Shown here one piece after another: positions 37,260 to 48,464 of a stretch of DNA of 57,713 nucleotides. Under the pieces are notes generated by a model. It was not told the DNA's origin, did no database searches, and worked only from the letters and a program-made list of their open reading frames with translations. Source of the DNA: a virus (lineage: Duplodnaviria; Caudoviricetes). Positions within the stretch are counted from its first letter, which is position 1; every line of letters begins with the position of its first letter. Position numbers and translations under genes: made by a program. The stretch spans positions 1 to 57,713 of the IMG/VR virus record IMGVR_UViG_3300020477_000028; one strand, given 5' to 3'.

Positions 37260-40200
37260 TTATCTATTATTTTGTTGAGCTGATCCATACATATAAGTTG
37301 TCACGAGCTTGTGGCTTCCTGCTCCTGTCTGACCTGCTAAATTACTAAAAAATAACCTAATACCCAAATATTTATCACGTAAAAATTGTCTTTCTAACCA
37401 ACTTTTTCCAGTATTTACTGCTAAAGGATTAATTACCTTATCTAAATAAGGTTCTGATAATAAATTAGCCCAACTCGAAGTAAATAATGGTACACCTGTA
37501 TCTCTACCTATTGCCATATCTCTAAAGTTATTAAAAGACCATGTTCGTTCTTTTCTATCTAATATACATGATGATGTAGTTTCCTGTACAGATACTTGCA
37601 TCATATTGGCTATTCCTGTATCCTTTACATTAAACTGTAATTGTCCTGTTATTTGATAATCATTATACAAATATACTTTATCAAATGTTATATATCTATC
37701 ATCTACATAGGTACCTGTTGCAAGATTATAATGTGATGCATCTGTAAGAAAGTGGAAAGTATCATATATATTAACATTTAAAGGACTATCATTACTTATA
37801 AAATCTATAATATGAGGATGTGTACATCCATAGTATGTTTGATAGTTAGTATGTGTATCATTTAATCCATGTCTATGTATATATTGTGCATCATTATTTA
37901 ATCCAGAATAAAAATAATTTCTCATACCTAGATAATAATGTGGCATATAACTATGGAAAGAAATCCAATGATTCATACCTAAATGGAAACTTATTGTCCA
38001 TCCTTCACATTTAAAAATATCATTTGGACCGTTAACTGTTACTACATTACCATCATTTAATGTAATACTAAGAGGAGAATTAAATGAATTCTCTCCACAT
38101 GTTTTACAAATTGCATCATCATCATCAAATAATTGATCATACCCACAAGGTAATATTTCTGTAACATGTGCAGTAAAAGTAGTAGGTGTTACAGTAGTAA
38201 CAGATTGTAAAAATAAAGATAAGTCATCTCCTAAATTTGTACCAAAATCTAATCTAGAACGTCTATCCCATCTACCTCCCCATCCTTTTTTAGTAAGATC
38301 CTGATCATTTCTATAAGGATTATTAGTTGTTAATGATTGGGATAAATCTACTGTATAAGTTCCTGATAATCCTGTTTGAAGCGAATTACCATCTACATTA
38401 GGCTGTCCTCCAGATACAGGAACATCTGCTATACCATCTCCATACATACCAGAGAATGCATGTAATACAAACATTTCTTTAACGCTATTCATTGAAGTAC
38501 ATACAGGATATAATAAGTTTTTACATGTACCTCCATTCCCTATATGAGTATCATATTTAGCTACATAAGTATCTCTATCTTCATTCCAAATAGTAGTTTT
38601 TTCTGATGATGAGTAATTACCATTATTAAAATTACCGTGGTATTTATCCTCTGTTTCATCATGAATAACAACACATATAGCATCAGTTGATACTGTACCT
38701 ACTGGAGGTTTAACATCTGAAAATCCTCCCGAATAACTTGCATAAGCATTTACATTTCTATGACCTTCTAAGTCATCTCCCATAGCCATTCTAGGCCATG
38801 CTACCCACTGCTCAGATCTCATTGCAACATGATAAACACTTCCTCCCCAATTAGCTAATATTCCTCCAGGGACATTATTAGCCTGTACCCAATTTTCTAT
38901 AGCATCATGAGCCGCTATAGCTGAATTAGGATCTGTAGAAGTTCTATCATAAAATACCCAAATATCTGCTTGAGGAGATACTGTAGTTATTACATCTCGT
39001 ACAAAACTACCGTCCCAAGTATGTACACATTCTTCTATACCTGTTATAGAGTTGATTGTATTAGTAACTAAATAATTAGTATTAGAAGACCATAAAGGAT
39101 TAGGCGCACAGTTACAATTAGCATTATTACCACCACTTACAACCCATGTACCTGAATAAGGATCTGCACTAATTACTTGATAATAAGGACTATTAGGATC
39201 CGCAGTATCCCAAGGAGATATTAATTTATAATCCCTTTTAGTCATTATATATCTATTATACCTTGCATCATATACTGACACATACCCTGCTCCTGCAGGA
39301 TTAGCAGGATTATCAAAGAATGGAAATTTAGTATCATATATCATCTCATATTGATCATATATTTCTATATTCATATGATTTTCCATCCAATTTTTCATTC
39401 CCACATTAGTTAAATCTTTAGGTGATTCTTGCATTAAGAATACATGACCCTGTCTTTCATCAGGCCATATAACACCTGATTCAGTTTCTAATGTAGCCCA
39501 TTGAGACTGACATCCTAAATATCCAGTTTTAGATTGAAGTATTTCTTGAGGATCATTACTAAAGAAAGCTCCTGTACCAATATAGACACTTCTTTCTCCT
39601 TCAGCTGGATTTACAATTTGTCTAGAAGGATCTATTCTCCATAAAGACTCCGCTGTGTGTACGAATGCTGCATTATTTAATACAAACATATTCCATACTT
39701 CTCCTCTATGGGCAGGGAAATCTCTATAGTTATTAGTTAAGAAAGATTTAAATAAATCTTTAGATTCTTCTTGGAATGATTTTTCAGACCATGCTAATCT
39801 ATAAGGATGTCTTTCTTGGCACTCTGCACAAAAATCAAATTGTAAAGGAAGAGGTTTATATATATTTTCATTATTTATTTTATGATAATCTTCGTTTAAA
39901 GCATAATAATTTGGAGAAGGATTACCTGTATCACTCTCATGATGTGTTGTACCCATATCATGAATACCATGTTCATCTACAAAGCTGAAAGGACCAAATC
40001 CTGCTCCTGCAGATTCGTAATGATAAGGATATATTCTTTGGCCATCAGCATCTTGCCCTAATCTTAACTCACAATTTATTTCTGACTCTGTCCAATACCA
40101 TGATATATTATTAAATAAGGCATATCGATAGGCAACTCCACCTCCACCTGCTGGATCTATTTTTTCAGCATTACCTAAAGCACTAGGCCACCATTTATTA

Positions 40201-43200
40201 TCATAACCAAAGACACCCCATAAAGCACTACTTCCTCCTTCAGCACACTTATCATTATTAGACTTATCTACTTCCATTCCACATCTTCCTCCTTCTTGAG
40301 TTTGTTTAAAAGCTAATCTAGATATAAAAATATTACCTCCATATACCTCACCACTATTTACAACAAGTAAAGGTAAGTCTTGATTTATAGGTATAACACA
40401 ATTATGTGTTGGATTATAAGTTATATTACCTATAGCTCCATAAGAGTTATATGAGTTCTTTTTTAAAGATACATAATAAGCTGTACCTATACCATCAAGG
40501 TCTCCCTCATGATTATTAGTATATGCAGAATCAAGCGGGCATGCTGTTGCTTCAGTATTATTACCAGGCCACGGCCATGCAAAAGGTTTCTTTATAGTTA
40601 CTCCTCCAGGTTTAGTTTTACAAACTAATGGCATAAATTCTTGTTGAGTATAGTTTCTAAAAGGAACGTCTCCCATTGTTGGAATAAATGCATCACCTTG
40701 AAAAGCAGGTAATTGTATATAATCATCTAATCTTATATTAGTTAAATCAAAATTAAACATAGCATCTCGTGCCCATATCTGAGAGTTTTGATCTCCCCAT
40801 CCAAAAATATCCGCAGTTAAAGGATCAGAACAATGTTCCCAATGACTAGCATCTCCTCTATCATACATATCTTGTATACCTGTATCTATTCTAGAATAAG
40901 GTACTACAGATTGTTGATAAGACATTCGTTGATATATATAAGTAGTTCCTGCATCTTCTGTATTAGTTAAATAACCGTCATTTCTATTTCCATCTATTCC
41001 TCCAAATCCAAAACCTACAATACCATAAGAAGATGAAGTAGGAGTATTAAAAGGAGTAGTTTGCCCTGAATCATTAACACAACACGCATTATTAGTCCAG
41101 ATCATATAATTATAACCTAATAAAATTCTTTCTACTTTAACATATTGAGCATTAGGAATACTTTTAAATTTAGCCATAGGACCATGATAAGACTGTACAG
41201 CATTTGGATATACAATAGCAGATGTAAAGTAACCTACATTAACACCTGCTGAAACACTTGAATCAGATCCTAATAAATCTTGAACTCCTCCGTTTCTTCC
41301 CCATCCCCACCAAGGTATAGGATACCCCATACCTCTTCTACTTCTAAAACATTTGCCCCTATCATATTGATCATCGTCTACTGCAGCTTCCCAATAAAAT
41401 CCATGAGATACTATTGCAGGAGCCATAATATTTAAATCATCTTCACTACTATTACAGTTAATACAATCCAGACCTCTCTTATGCGGTCCGCCTCCATCAG
41501 TATTTAACCCGTCTTCATTTAATACCCATCCATTATGAATATAATCTGTCTCATCAAATCCATGACAATACCAATCATCACATAGAATTGTAACAGACCC
41601 ATCGTCTCCCATATCAAGAAAACTAGCAGGATCTGTAGCAAATTCAGTACTATTTACTTTAGCATTTTTATTTGTCATATGGACACAAGCTGAAGCATAC
41701 ATATGTTTATTAAAACAATTTGCTTGAAACTGATAAGCACATTGAGCTGGATATACCCTAGGAGCTTTTCTGCCTATCCACATATTAGCAGCTATAATAG
41801 TATTATAAACTATACCTTTATCAAGTACTGTTTTATCTGTTATATTTTGAACAGCTTTTACAATTTTATAACCTTGTATTCTATCAGCTAAATCTGCAGG
41901 AGGCTGTATATTAGAAACTTCAATTCCTATTGTAGATATTCTAGCTTCTTGATTTGCTACAAAAGGATTATCTCCATGAGTATTTCCTGTCCATGCTCTT
42001 CCGTCAGAAGGCCTACACCCTGTAGAAGTTCTCATTCTTCCTATTTGAGGGTTACCATAAAAATGAGGCTCTAATGTAGTGTCAGGCATTCTATGATGTC
42101 TAACCTGTGCCATTACATAAGGATCTGCCTCAGTACCTGTTCCTGTATGTGGATATATAGGAACTCCTTGACAATCTTTAGTATCAGGATATTTATAATC
42201 TCTACATTCATAATATCCCATTTCTCCTTTTGTTATATATTCTCCAGATATAAGAGCAGCACTTGTTCTAATAGCTGTATTATATACTTCCCATCTTAAT
42301 ATGTCTCCATTTCTATATATATTATCATTTTCATAATGATGAGTATTCATATTATCTGTACTATCTGTCTGAGCATTAGCTACAATTACACTGGTATCCC
42401 AACCTGAAGTTGCAGCAGGCCTATTGTGTTGTCCCATTGTATACCCCGCTTGTCCAGGTCTATTATAATCTCCCGAAGAAATTAATGCTGCTCCTGCAGA
42501 ATCTGTATTTTGAGCTCTTCCTGGTATATGATATACAGGTGTATGAGTACCGTCTTTAAAATACCATACGATACCAAAAGCATATATTTCGTCTCTCATA
42601 TAAGATCTATAATCAAAATAGTATTTACCAGACTGTACACTTTCTCCTTGAGCATCGTCTGCATCTAAAGTACGAGTAGTATATGTAATTCGCATATCAT
42701 TTGCTCTTCTTTGAAAGGCTGCATGATCTACTTCAATTTCTTCTAGATTTGCTAATAATAATCTACCATCAATTTGCTCTATAGTTTTAGCTTTATTAAA
42801 TACTTTTCTATCTATTGTAATTTCATCTCTACTTAAAAATTCTGTTACTTCTGGATTATACTCTCCAAATGTGAAAAATTCTTCAGTAGCTGTAATAGGT
42901 ATTTCAGCTACCATTCTACCTCCTTCAATATTATCTCCTAGTCCTCCTGTAGAGGGCCATACTGCTACTCTTAAAAAAGAGAAAGAAACATCTAAATTAG
43001 AAAACTTAAGAGTAATGGATTTATTAGTTTGATTACCTGCTACTGAAAATCCTGTAGCACTACTTCCATCTTGATTTACAGAACCTGGGCTAGCCCCTTT
43101 AATTCCCATTGCTGTTGCATTAATAGGAGATTCATATACAGGAATAGGTTGTGTAAGATCTGTCCAGTTTGTAGGATTAAAATCTTGATCTAAATACTGT

Positions 43201-43889
43201 ACTGCAAATTGATAAGTACCTGCAGCTAGTCCTCCTCCATCATTAAGTTCTACAAATTCAATACAAGCGTAATCAAAATCAGGCCAAAGCTTCATTCTTT
43301 CACAATCCCATATAGATACGTTATCTGCAGGATCTACAACTATATCCATATAGTTAGTTGGATTCTGAGCTATAAACCTTTCTTTACCTTCAGTTAAGTA
43401 ATCAGTTAAAGAGTCAAGATTAATATGACGTATATCATTAAGATTATCTGTCCAATATATATTACGTTCACATCCGTTTCTTACTCTATATATAGCTTGG
43501 ATTTGATGTGTGATTTTGAAGTTAAGACAATTAGCCGTAATAAGATTTTTTATTGTACAATCTTTTTTAACATATGCTAATCTACCCCATCCATAAATAG
43601 AAGAAGAGGTTGTTCCTTCTACGGGCGCTAAAAAGATAACAGCTTCATCATCAGATATATATACATGTCCTATAACCGCCCAATCTTTACCAACCTCACC
43701 GCATTCATAATTACCTTCTTCATTTACAAGAAAACCTAAATCTCCTGTAGCACTGGCGTTTATAGCATTAAGAGCCCATCTATAACTATCATCTGGTTGA
43801 GCTGCAGCACTAGTATCTGTGTGCATCCCTTTACCAGGACTATTTATAAATTTAGAAGCTCCTCCTTGATTTTTTCCCTGTTCAGCCAT
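37260..43889 (-). CDS. Tail stabilization/muzzle protein (crAss-like) with large insertions
   Basis: 2209 aa; KGMHTD..YRWALNA, IYWTDNLN, GTYQFAVQY, RLLLANL, YMRDEIYAFGI, WTISFH..WISFHSY, KERTW and LRDKY motifs; follows the ring-protein gene. Confidence 0.8.
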   Translation of the reverse strand: MAEQGKNQGGASKFINSPGKGMHTDTSAAAQPDDSYRWALNAINASATGDLGFLVNEEGNYECGEVGKDWAVIGHVYISDDEAVIFLAPVEGTTSSSIYGWGRLAYVKKDCTIKNLITANCLNFKITHQIQAIYRVRNGCERNIYWTDNLNDIRHINLDSLTDYLTEGKERFIAQNPTNYMDIVVDPADNVSIWDCERMKLWPDFDYACIEFVELNDGGGLAAGTYQFAVQYLDQDFNPTNWTDLTQPIPVYESPINATAMGIKGASPGSVNQDGSSATGFSVAGNQTNKSITLKFSNLDVSFSFLRVAVWPSTGGLGDNIEGGRMVAEIPITATEEFFTFGEYNPEVTEFLSRDEITIDRKVFNKAKTIEQIDGRLLLANLEEIEVDHAAFQRRANDMRITYTTRTLDADDAQGESVQSGKYYFDYRSYMRDEIYAFGIVWYFKDGTHTPVYHIPGRAQNTDSAGAALISSGDYNRPGQAGYTMGQHNRPAATSGWDTSVIVANAQTDSTDNMNTHHYENDNIYRNGDILRWEVYNTAIRTSAALISGEYITKGEMGYYECRDYKYPDTKDCQGVPIYPHTGTGTEADPYVMAQVRHHRMPDTTLEPHFYGNPQIGRMRTSTGCRPSDGRAWTGNTHGDNPFVANQEARISTIGIEVSNIQPPADLADRIQGYKIVKAVQNITDKTVLDKGIVYNTIIAANMWIGRKAPRVYPAQCAYQFQANCFNKHMYASACVHMTNKNAKVNSTEFATDPASFLDMGDDGSVTILCDDWYCHGFDETDYIHNGWVLNEDGLNTDGGGPHKRGLDCINCNSSEDDLNIMAPAIVSHGFYWEAAVDDDQYDRGKCFRSRRGMGYPIPWWGWGRNGGVQDLLGSDSSVSAGVNVGYFTSAIVYPNAVQSYHGPMAKFKSIPNAQYVKVERILLGYNYMIWTNNACCVNDSGQTTPFNTPTSSSYGIVGFGFGGIDGNRNDGYLTNTEDAGTTYIYQRMSYQQSVVPYSRIDTGIQDMYDRGDASHWEHCSDPLTADIFGWGDQNSQIWARDAMFNFDLTNIRLDDYIQLPAFQGDAFIPTMGDVPFRNYTQQEFMPLVCKTKPGGVTIKKPFAWPWPGNNTEATACPLDSAYTNNHEGDLDGIGTAYYVSLKKNSYNSYGAIGNITYNPTHNCVIPINQDLPLLVVNSGEVYGGNIFISRLAFKQTQEGGRCGMEVDKSNNDKCAEGGSSALWGVFGYDNKWWPSALGNAEKIDPAGGGGVAYRYALFNNISWYWTESEINCELRLGQDADGQRIYPYHYESAGAGFGPFSFVDEHGIHDMGTTHHESDTGNPSPNYYALNEDYHKINNENIYKPLPLQFDFCAECQERHPYRLAWSEKSFQEESKDLFKSFLTNNYRDFPAHRGEVWNMFVLNNAAFVHTAESLWRIDPSRQIVNPAEGERSVYIGTGAFFSNDPQEILQSKTGYLGCQSQWATLETESGVIWPDERQGHVFLMQESPKDLTNVGMKNWMENHMNIEIYDQYEMIYDTKFPFFDNPANPAGAGYVSVYDARYNRYIMTKRDYKLISPWDTADPNSPYYQVISADPYSGTWVVSGGNNANCNCAPNPLWSSNTNYLVTNTINSITGIEECVHTWDGSFVRDVITTVSPQADIWVFYDRTSTDPNSAIAAHDAIENWVQANNVPGGILANWGGSVYHVAMRSEQWVAWPRMAMGDDLEGHRNVNAYASYSGGFSDVKPPVGTVSTDAICVVIHDETEDKYHGNFNNGNYSSSEKTTIWNEDRDTYVAKYDTHIGNGGTCKNLLYPVCTSMNSVKEMFVLHAFSGMYGDGIADVPVSGGQPNVDGNSLQTGLSGTYTVDLSQSLTTNNPYRNDQDLTKKGWGGRWDRRSRLDFGTNLGDDLSLFLQSVTTVTPTTFTAHVTEILPCGYDQLFDDDDAICKTCGENSFNSPLSITLNDGNVVTVNGPNDIFKCEGWTISFHLGMNHWISFHSYMPHYYLGMRNYFYSGLNNDAQYIHRHGLNDTHTNYQTYYGCTHPHIIDFISNDSPLNVNIYDTFHFLTDASHYNLATGTYVDDRYITFDKVYLYNDYQITGQLQFNVKDTGIANMMQVSVQETTSSCILDRKERTWSFNNFRDMAIGRDTGVPLFTSSWANLLSEPYLDKVINPLAVNTGKSWLERQFLRDKYLGIRLFFSNLAGQTGAGSHKLVTTYMYGSAQQNNR

Positions 43890-43892
43890 GTT

Positions 43893-44810
43893 TTAGTTCT
43901 TTAAATCTAGTTTCTCAGGACTCTGTAAATGCCCAAAGAATTTATCATATCTATGAGGTTTAGGTAAGAGTCTAATATGTTGTTTACGTATACCTTCTAA
44001 CTCATCTATAGTTTTAGGCATGTTAGCTTTATTTCTTGCTTGCTGGCAATACCAATGCCAATCATCTTCTAATTTCATATATAGTTGAGCAGGAAGATGT
44101 CCTTGTAAAAATTCAGAATATTTTACTTTATATGTTATATATCTTTTAATGGCTTCTATATAAGATACTTCATCAGGTATCATAGGGTATCCGCGGTCAT
44201 CTAATGCCGTGGAAACATATGCAATACAGATATTACCCTTTTTAAAAGAAGTTCTAATATATGGCCAATCTAAAGCATATTCTTGTTGACATGTTGGAGA
44301 AATGTCTGTACAATTTGAGCAATGATTAGTATAAGGAGTAGTGAATGGCCCAGATGCTTTAGGAAGAGGTCTATAATTATCATAATAATAAGCAGTCGCT
44401 CTAAATGTATTTGGTTTATAATATTGTAAGAATAATTCAGCATTTTGTATTAATTGAGCAGATGTAGCACATACACTTGCACAACTAGAGCAATCAGGAT
44501 CAGTACAAGGATCATCACAGGTAATACAGTTATCTGCTGTAGTTAAAAGAGCAGTTGTAGTATTAGCTCCTTCAGTATACTTATACGCCATCATTACTAT
44601 TTGTTTCATACCAGAAGGTACCAACGTTCTATAATCATCGACTTCGAGATGTGCTACTTTCTCTATAAGCTGTGTGTAAGCTCCTATAAACTCTAGGGCT
44701 TCACCTGCCCATTCTATCATGTCTGTTTCATTAAGCTCTACAACAGGCTTTAAATCTCTATAAAGTCCAGATATAACTCTTTCTATACTTGTTAATTGTA
44801 CTTGACTCAT
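43893..44810 (-). CDS. Tail ring (tubular) protein
   Basis: EWAGEAL..IGA, GYPMIPD and W..YCQQAR motifs; position between the IHF-like and muzzle genes. Confidence 0.65.
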   Translation of the reverse strand: MSQVQLTSIERVISGLYRDLKPVVELNETDMIEWAGEALEFIGAYTQLIEKVAHLEVDDYRTLVPSGMKQIVMMAYKYTEGANTTTALLTTADNCITCDDPCTDPDCSSCASVCATSAQLIQNAELFLQYYKPNTFRATAYYYDNYRPLPKASGPFTTPYTNHCSNCTDISPTCQQEYALDWPYIRTSFKKGNICIAYVSTALDDRGYPMIPDEVSYIEAIKRYITYKVKYSEFLQGHLPAQLYMKLEDDWHWYCQQARNKANMPKTIDELEGIRKQHIRLLPKPHRYDKFFGHLQSPEKLDLKN

Positions 44811-44815
44811 AATTT

Positions 44816-45256
44816 CTATTCAAAAAATTCTACACTATTACTTTTTAAAAGACTTGCTAACGTTCGTTTATTCTCTCTTGTAGGAGAGAATGAATAAGCT
44901 GATTTATTTGTAAATATAGCTTTCTTCTTATGCCAGAACCATTTAAAGTAATATCCATCTGTATGAAAATTTAAATGGAATACTTTAATATTATGTTCTT
45001 TTGTAGATTTCCAATCTACACGTCTCTTATTACTATTTGTAATCTTTTTAATTCTAACTATTCCTAAACCTGCAGGAAGTTTAAATTCAAAAGAATTCTC
45101 GATAATAGCTTTAGATACCATTTTATTAAACCTAATACATATATCTCTGTATATAGATTTATCTATACTAGACATAAGTTTTTCATTTTTAAATTCTTTT
45201 TCAAAATCTACATATGCATCTACTAAAGTCTTATTTCTTTTCTTTTTTCTACTCAT
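44816..45256 (-). CDS. Basic IHF/HU-like protein of the crAss tail module
   Basis: Highly basic; FKLPAGLGIVRIKK, VDWKST, HLNFHTDGY; conserved position among tail genes. Confidence 0.55.
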   Translation of the reverse strand: MSRKKKRNKTLVDAYVDFEKEFKNEKLMSSIDKSIYRDICIRFNKMVSKAIIENSFEFKLPAGLGIVRIKKITNSNKRRVDWKSTKEHNIKVFHLNFHTDGYYFKWFWHKKKAIFTNKSAYSFSPTRENKRTLASLLKSNSVEFFE

Positions 45257-45969
45257 TATCCTTGTGGTGTTTGTGCAGGCCTAGGCGCGGGAGGTGCTCC
45301 TCCTGAATCTTCAGCTGCATTATTAAAGTTGTCTTTTGGTACTGCTTTAAATGTTCCTACAAGCTCTTGTACAGCTCCTTGTACAACAGCATCTAATAAA
45401 TGTCCATCTACTGGAAATTCTTCATCATGAGGATAAATACACCCTGTTAAACACGCGTTTACATATAAAGGCTCTAAAGGATCTTCAAATACTCCGCTTA
45501 TGGAAATGTATTTTAGAAGAGAGTTGGTAGTAATGAATAAATAACCGTCCTTTATAAAGTAATCTGGTTCTCCAGAAGTGTATTTGTCCCCTGATTTATA
45601 CTTCTTCTTTACCCAATCAGTTTTGGAATATATGACGCTTCCGTCCTGGTTAGAGACTGCCTCTAGCTCAGCTCCAACAACAGATTGTACAGGTTTAGGT
45701 ACTTTTTTCTTAGAACGTAACATTTTACACCCTGGGGCAGGGGCACATGGACACTCGTTAGGAAGTGCCTCCTGGAGTTCTAAGCAAGCAATTGTTTGTA
45801 CAATCCAATCTGAAACTTGTCGTTTCTTGTCTATTTCTCTTTTTATAAGTAGTGCTCTAGATGCACATATTTTTTCATAAATAAGTCTATCAGATAATCT
45901 TATGTCATCTGATGCAGTTCCTTTACCATATAAGGCTCTTACTCTTGATATTATATCGTTAATTGTCAT
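45256..45969 (-). CDS. Putative tail ring protein
   Basis: SDDIRLSDR..RALLIK, QTIACLEL, LRSKKKVP, GVFEDP and EFPVD pattern; overlaps its neighbours by 1 nt. Confidence 0.55.
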   Translation of the reverse strand: MTINDIISRVRALYGKGTASDDIRLSDRLIYEKICASRALLIKREIDKKRQVSDWIVQTIACLELQEALPNECPCAPAPGCKMLRSKKKVPKPVQSVVGAELEAVSNQDGSVIYSKTDWVKKKYKSGDKYTSGEPDYFIKDGYLFITTNSLLKYISISGVFEDPLEPLYVNACLTGCIYPHDEEFPVDGHLLDAVVQGAVQELVGTFKAVPKDNFNNAAEDSGGAPPAPRPAQTPQG

Positions 45970-46907
45970 TATTCAAATATTTCGTCTAAAGTTGGTATTA
46001 TATTATGATATATTCCATAATTTGTCCAAGCACTAGTACTATTTACTAATTCAGTTATTGCTGCATTTCCTTGCCAAGTAGCTACTTCACTTCCTTCTTT
46101 AAATTGCCATTGACTAGGAGCAAACTGTTGACTACAACAGTTACTTTCTCTAATAAACATTATATCTTTATTAGCACCACTTCTATCTTGATCATGGAAG
46201 TATTCCATAATACTATCTTTTTTCTTTCTAACTATTACATAATTTAGAGGAAGTATATATAAGAACATACACTCTCTTTCTTCATCATCTATATAAGTGT
46301 CTGACCATTTATTCATCATAGATCCTACTGCAGAAATATCTCTTTGGTCGGTAATTTGTAAAGTAACTGAATCATTAGTTCTAGCACTTATTCTAATATT
46401 ATGTGCTGCTATAGTTTCTTTAACGACCCAATGCCCCTGAGAATCTGTATGTTCCCATGCGTGATTTACATCATCCCATCTAGGAACTCTTAAAGCAAGT
46501 TGAGCTTTATGTGATGTAGTAGTACTAGTAAAAGCTCCTGTTTTTGTTATTACTACTTGTAATCCTGTATTCTTTATATCACCATTTGGATTAGTGACTT
46601 TTATAGGAGTCACTACAGCAGTGCCAGTTAAACCATTAGCAGCATTATATTTAACAGGTTCTAAATAAACAATATCACCTTTTACAGAAGATTGCACTGG
46701 ATTAAAACTACGTCTTCTTCCTGGTTGTCCTGGACCACTTCCATCTTCATTCAATGGTTTATTAGGACCTATTGGACCTATTGGACCTGGATTTCTATCG
46801 TCTTTTTCCTGATTCTCTAGTCTTTCATCTAGTTTTTTACGCTTCTCTTGCTCCTGTTTGTACTTATTGTACTTATCTGCATAATATGAATTATCTTCAG
46901 TTGTCAT
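45969..46907 (-). CDS. Hypothetical protein
   Basis: 312-aa ORF, start/stop overlapping both neighbours; short GPI repeat near the N-terminus. Confidence 0.7.
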   Translation of the reverse strand: MTTEDNSYYADKYNKYKQEQEKRKKLDERLENQEKDDRNPGPIGPIGPNKPLNEDGSGPGQPGRRRSFNPVQSSVKGDIVYLEPVKYNAANGLTGTAVVTPIKVTNPNGDIKNTGLQVVITKTGAFTSTTTSHKAQLALRVPRWDDVNHAWEHTDSQGHWVVKETIAAHNIRISARTNDSVTLQITDQRDISAVGSMMNKWSDTYIDDEERECMFLYILPLNYVIVRKKKDSIMEYFHDQDRSGANKDIMFIRESNCCSQQFAPSQWQFKEGSEVATWQGNAAITELVNSTSAWTNYGIYHNIIPTLDEIFE

Positions 46908-47167
46908 TATTCATTATCTTCTATATCAGGTTCATGTTCTGTAGTAAAACTTTTTAATACAAATTCTTTTACAGCTTCAGACTGTACTTCTGGATCAATA
47001 GCAGCTTCTTCTTTAGCTTCTTTTAATCCTAGTTTAGTAGTTCCTTTTCCTCTGTAAGAAAGTCCTACATCTCCAGAGTATATTCCTCCAAATTGCATAT
47101 CATGTCTTTCTTTAAAGCAGTAAGGACATTGATCAGAGGGTTCGAATTCATGTATACATTTAGCCAT
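46907..47167 (-). CDS. Small hypothetical protein (CxH..CxxC)
   Basis: 86 aa; CIHEF..CPYC may bind zinc. Confidence 0.6.
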   Translation of the reverse strand: MAKCIHEFEPSDQCPYCFKERHDMQFGGIYSGDVGLSYRGKGTTKLGLKEAKEEAAIDPEVQSEAVKEFVLKSFTTEHEPDIEDNE

Positions 47168-48434
47168 TGTTTAATTCATTTATGTTAATTTGAAAATGAC
47201 CTTTATAGCCATTCTCTTTACTATATACATAAGCTTGTGCAGCTCTTGTATTTCCTACATATCCTTTTTCATGGTGCCAAGCATCGGTTCCTGATAAGGA
47301 AGGTAATATTCTTACTACAGTTCCAAACCTCTCGTCAATGTCAACCCAATTCATAGACTTCGATTTATGTAAATGGCCTATATGCCACTCAGTATGTTTC
47401 GCTTTAGCCCATAATTCAGGTCTTTCAGACGCCATAATTAATGGTAGATCAGCTTGTTTCTCTGCAGATCCATGTGTAAGTCCTAATAAATTTACCCCGT
47501 AAGTTATATACTTTCTAGGTGAAGGACTATTATCTACATTCACTTCTTCACAATTATGATACCATGCATATATAACATCTCCTATATAAAACATTCGTTC
47601 ATAATCATGATTTCCAGGTACGACAATAACATCTACAGGCGCTACTTGTCTTAACCTATCAATTGCTTCTACAAGCATTTCTCTACATAATGTAAAAGAA
47701 CGTTGCCATCTTACATCGTCATGTTGAGGAGTACCTTTTGTAGTTGACATATTTAATCCATCTGAATTTAATAAATCATTCCCAATTGGAAAGATTATTT
47801 TTTCAATATTAAAACTACTTGAATATTCAAGTAATCTATCAACTGCTTCAGCAAAAATTGATCTAGCTATATTTACATCATAACTATGACCAACCTCTTT
47901 GCCCCAACCTAATTTACCTAAATGTAAATCAGGTAAATTAACTTCATAAGCGACTTTTGTTTTGTTAGAAGATTTAGGGTATTTGACGGCTTTGTATTTA
48001 GGAGCATGCTGTTTAGCTGCTTCTATAAACTCTTCACGTACTGTATCTCTAGCTTCTTTACTTTGATCAAATTGTGCTCTTACAGCATATTTAGTATCTC
48101 CGTTAAAGTCTTGCCAGGTAGATGCCCTAAAACTTTTAACATCCCAGAAATCTAAGTTAACACCAACAGTATCAACTAAGTCTTCTAGACTGGTAATTTC
48201 CGAACTAGTGTAGTCAATAAACTTTTTACCGTTCTCATTAACTACTTTAGGTAAGTTACTACCAGATTTTGGGTCTCTAGAAACTTTTAAAGATCTCCAG
48301 ATTCCTCTAACTCTTTCTCCTGAAATAACTCCATGTTTATCAGTTATTCCAAATTCTTGTGCTAATTGACTATAGCTTTTATCTCTTCCATTCAAAAGAA
48401 GATATTCCTTAAGGTTTTTAATTTTTTGTTTCAT
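47160..48434 (-). CDS. Calcineurin-like metallophosphoesterase with N-terminal putative HTH
   Basis: PDLHLG, GNDLLN, PGNHD, THG and GHLH motifs; N-terminal SYSQLAQEFG..GERVRG. Confidence 0.85.
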   Translation of the reverse strand: MKQKIKNLKEYLLLNGRDKSYSQLAQEFGITDKHGVISGERVRGIWRSLKVSRDPKSGSNLPKVVNENGKKFIDYTSSEITSLEDLVDTVGVNLDFWDVKSFRASTWQDFNGDTKYAVRAQFDQSKEARDTVREEFIEAAKQHAPKYKAVKYPKSSNKTKVAYEVNLPDLHLGKLGWGKEVGHSYDVNIARSIFAEAVDRLLEYSSSFNIEKIIFPIGNDLLNSDGLNMSTTKGTPQHDDVRWQRSFTLCREMLVEAIDRLRQVAPVDVIVVPGNHDYERMFYIGDVIYAWYHNCEEVNVDNSPSPRKYITYGVNLLGLTHGSAEKQADLPLIMASERPELWAKAKHTEWHIGHLHKSKSMNWVDIDERFGTVVRILPSLSGTDAWHHEKGYVGNTRAAQAYVYSKENGYKGHFQININELNNG

Positions 48435-48464
48435 AATTTAATTTGGTTATTTATTCGATAACCG

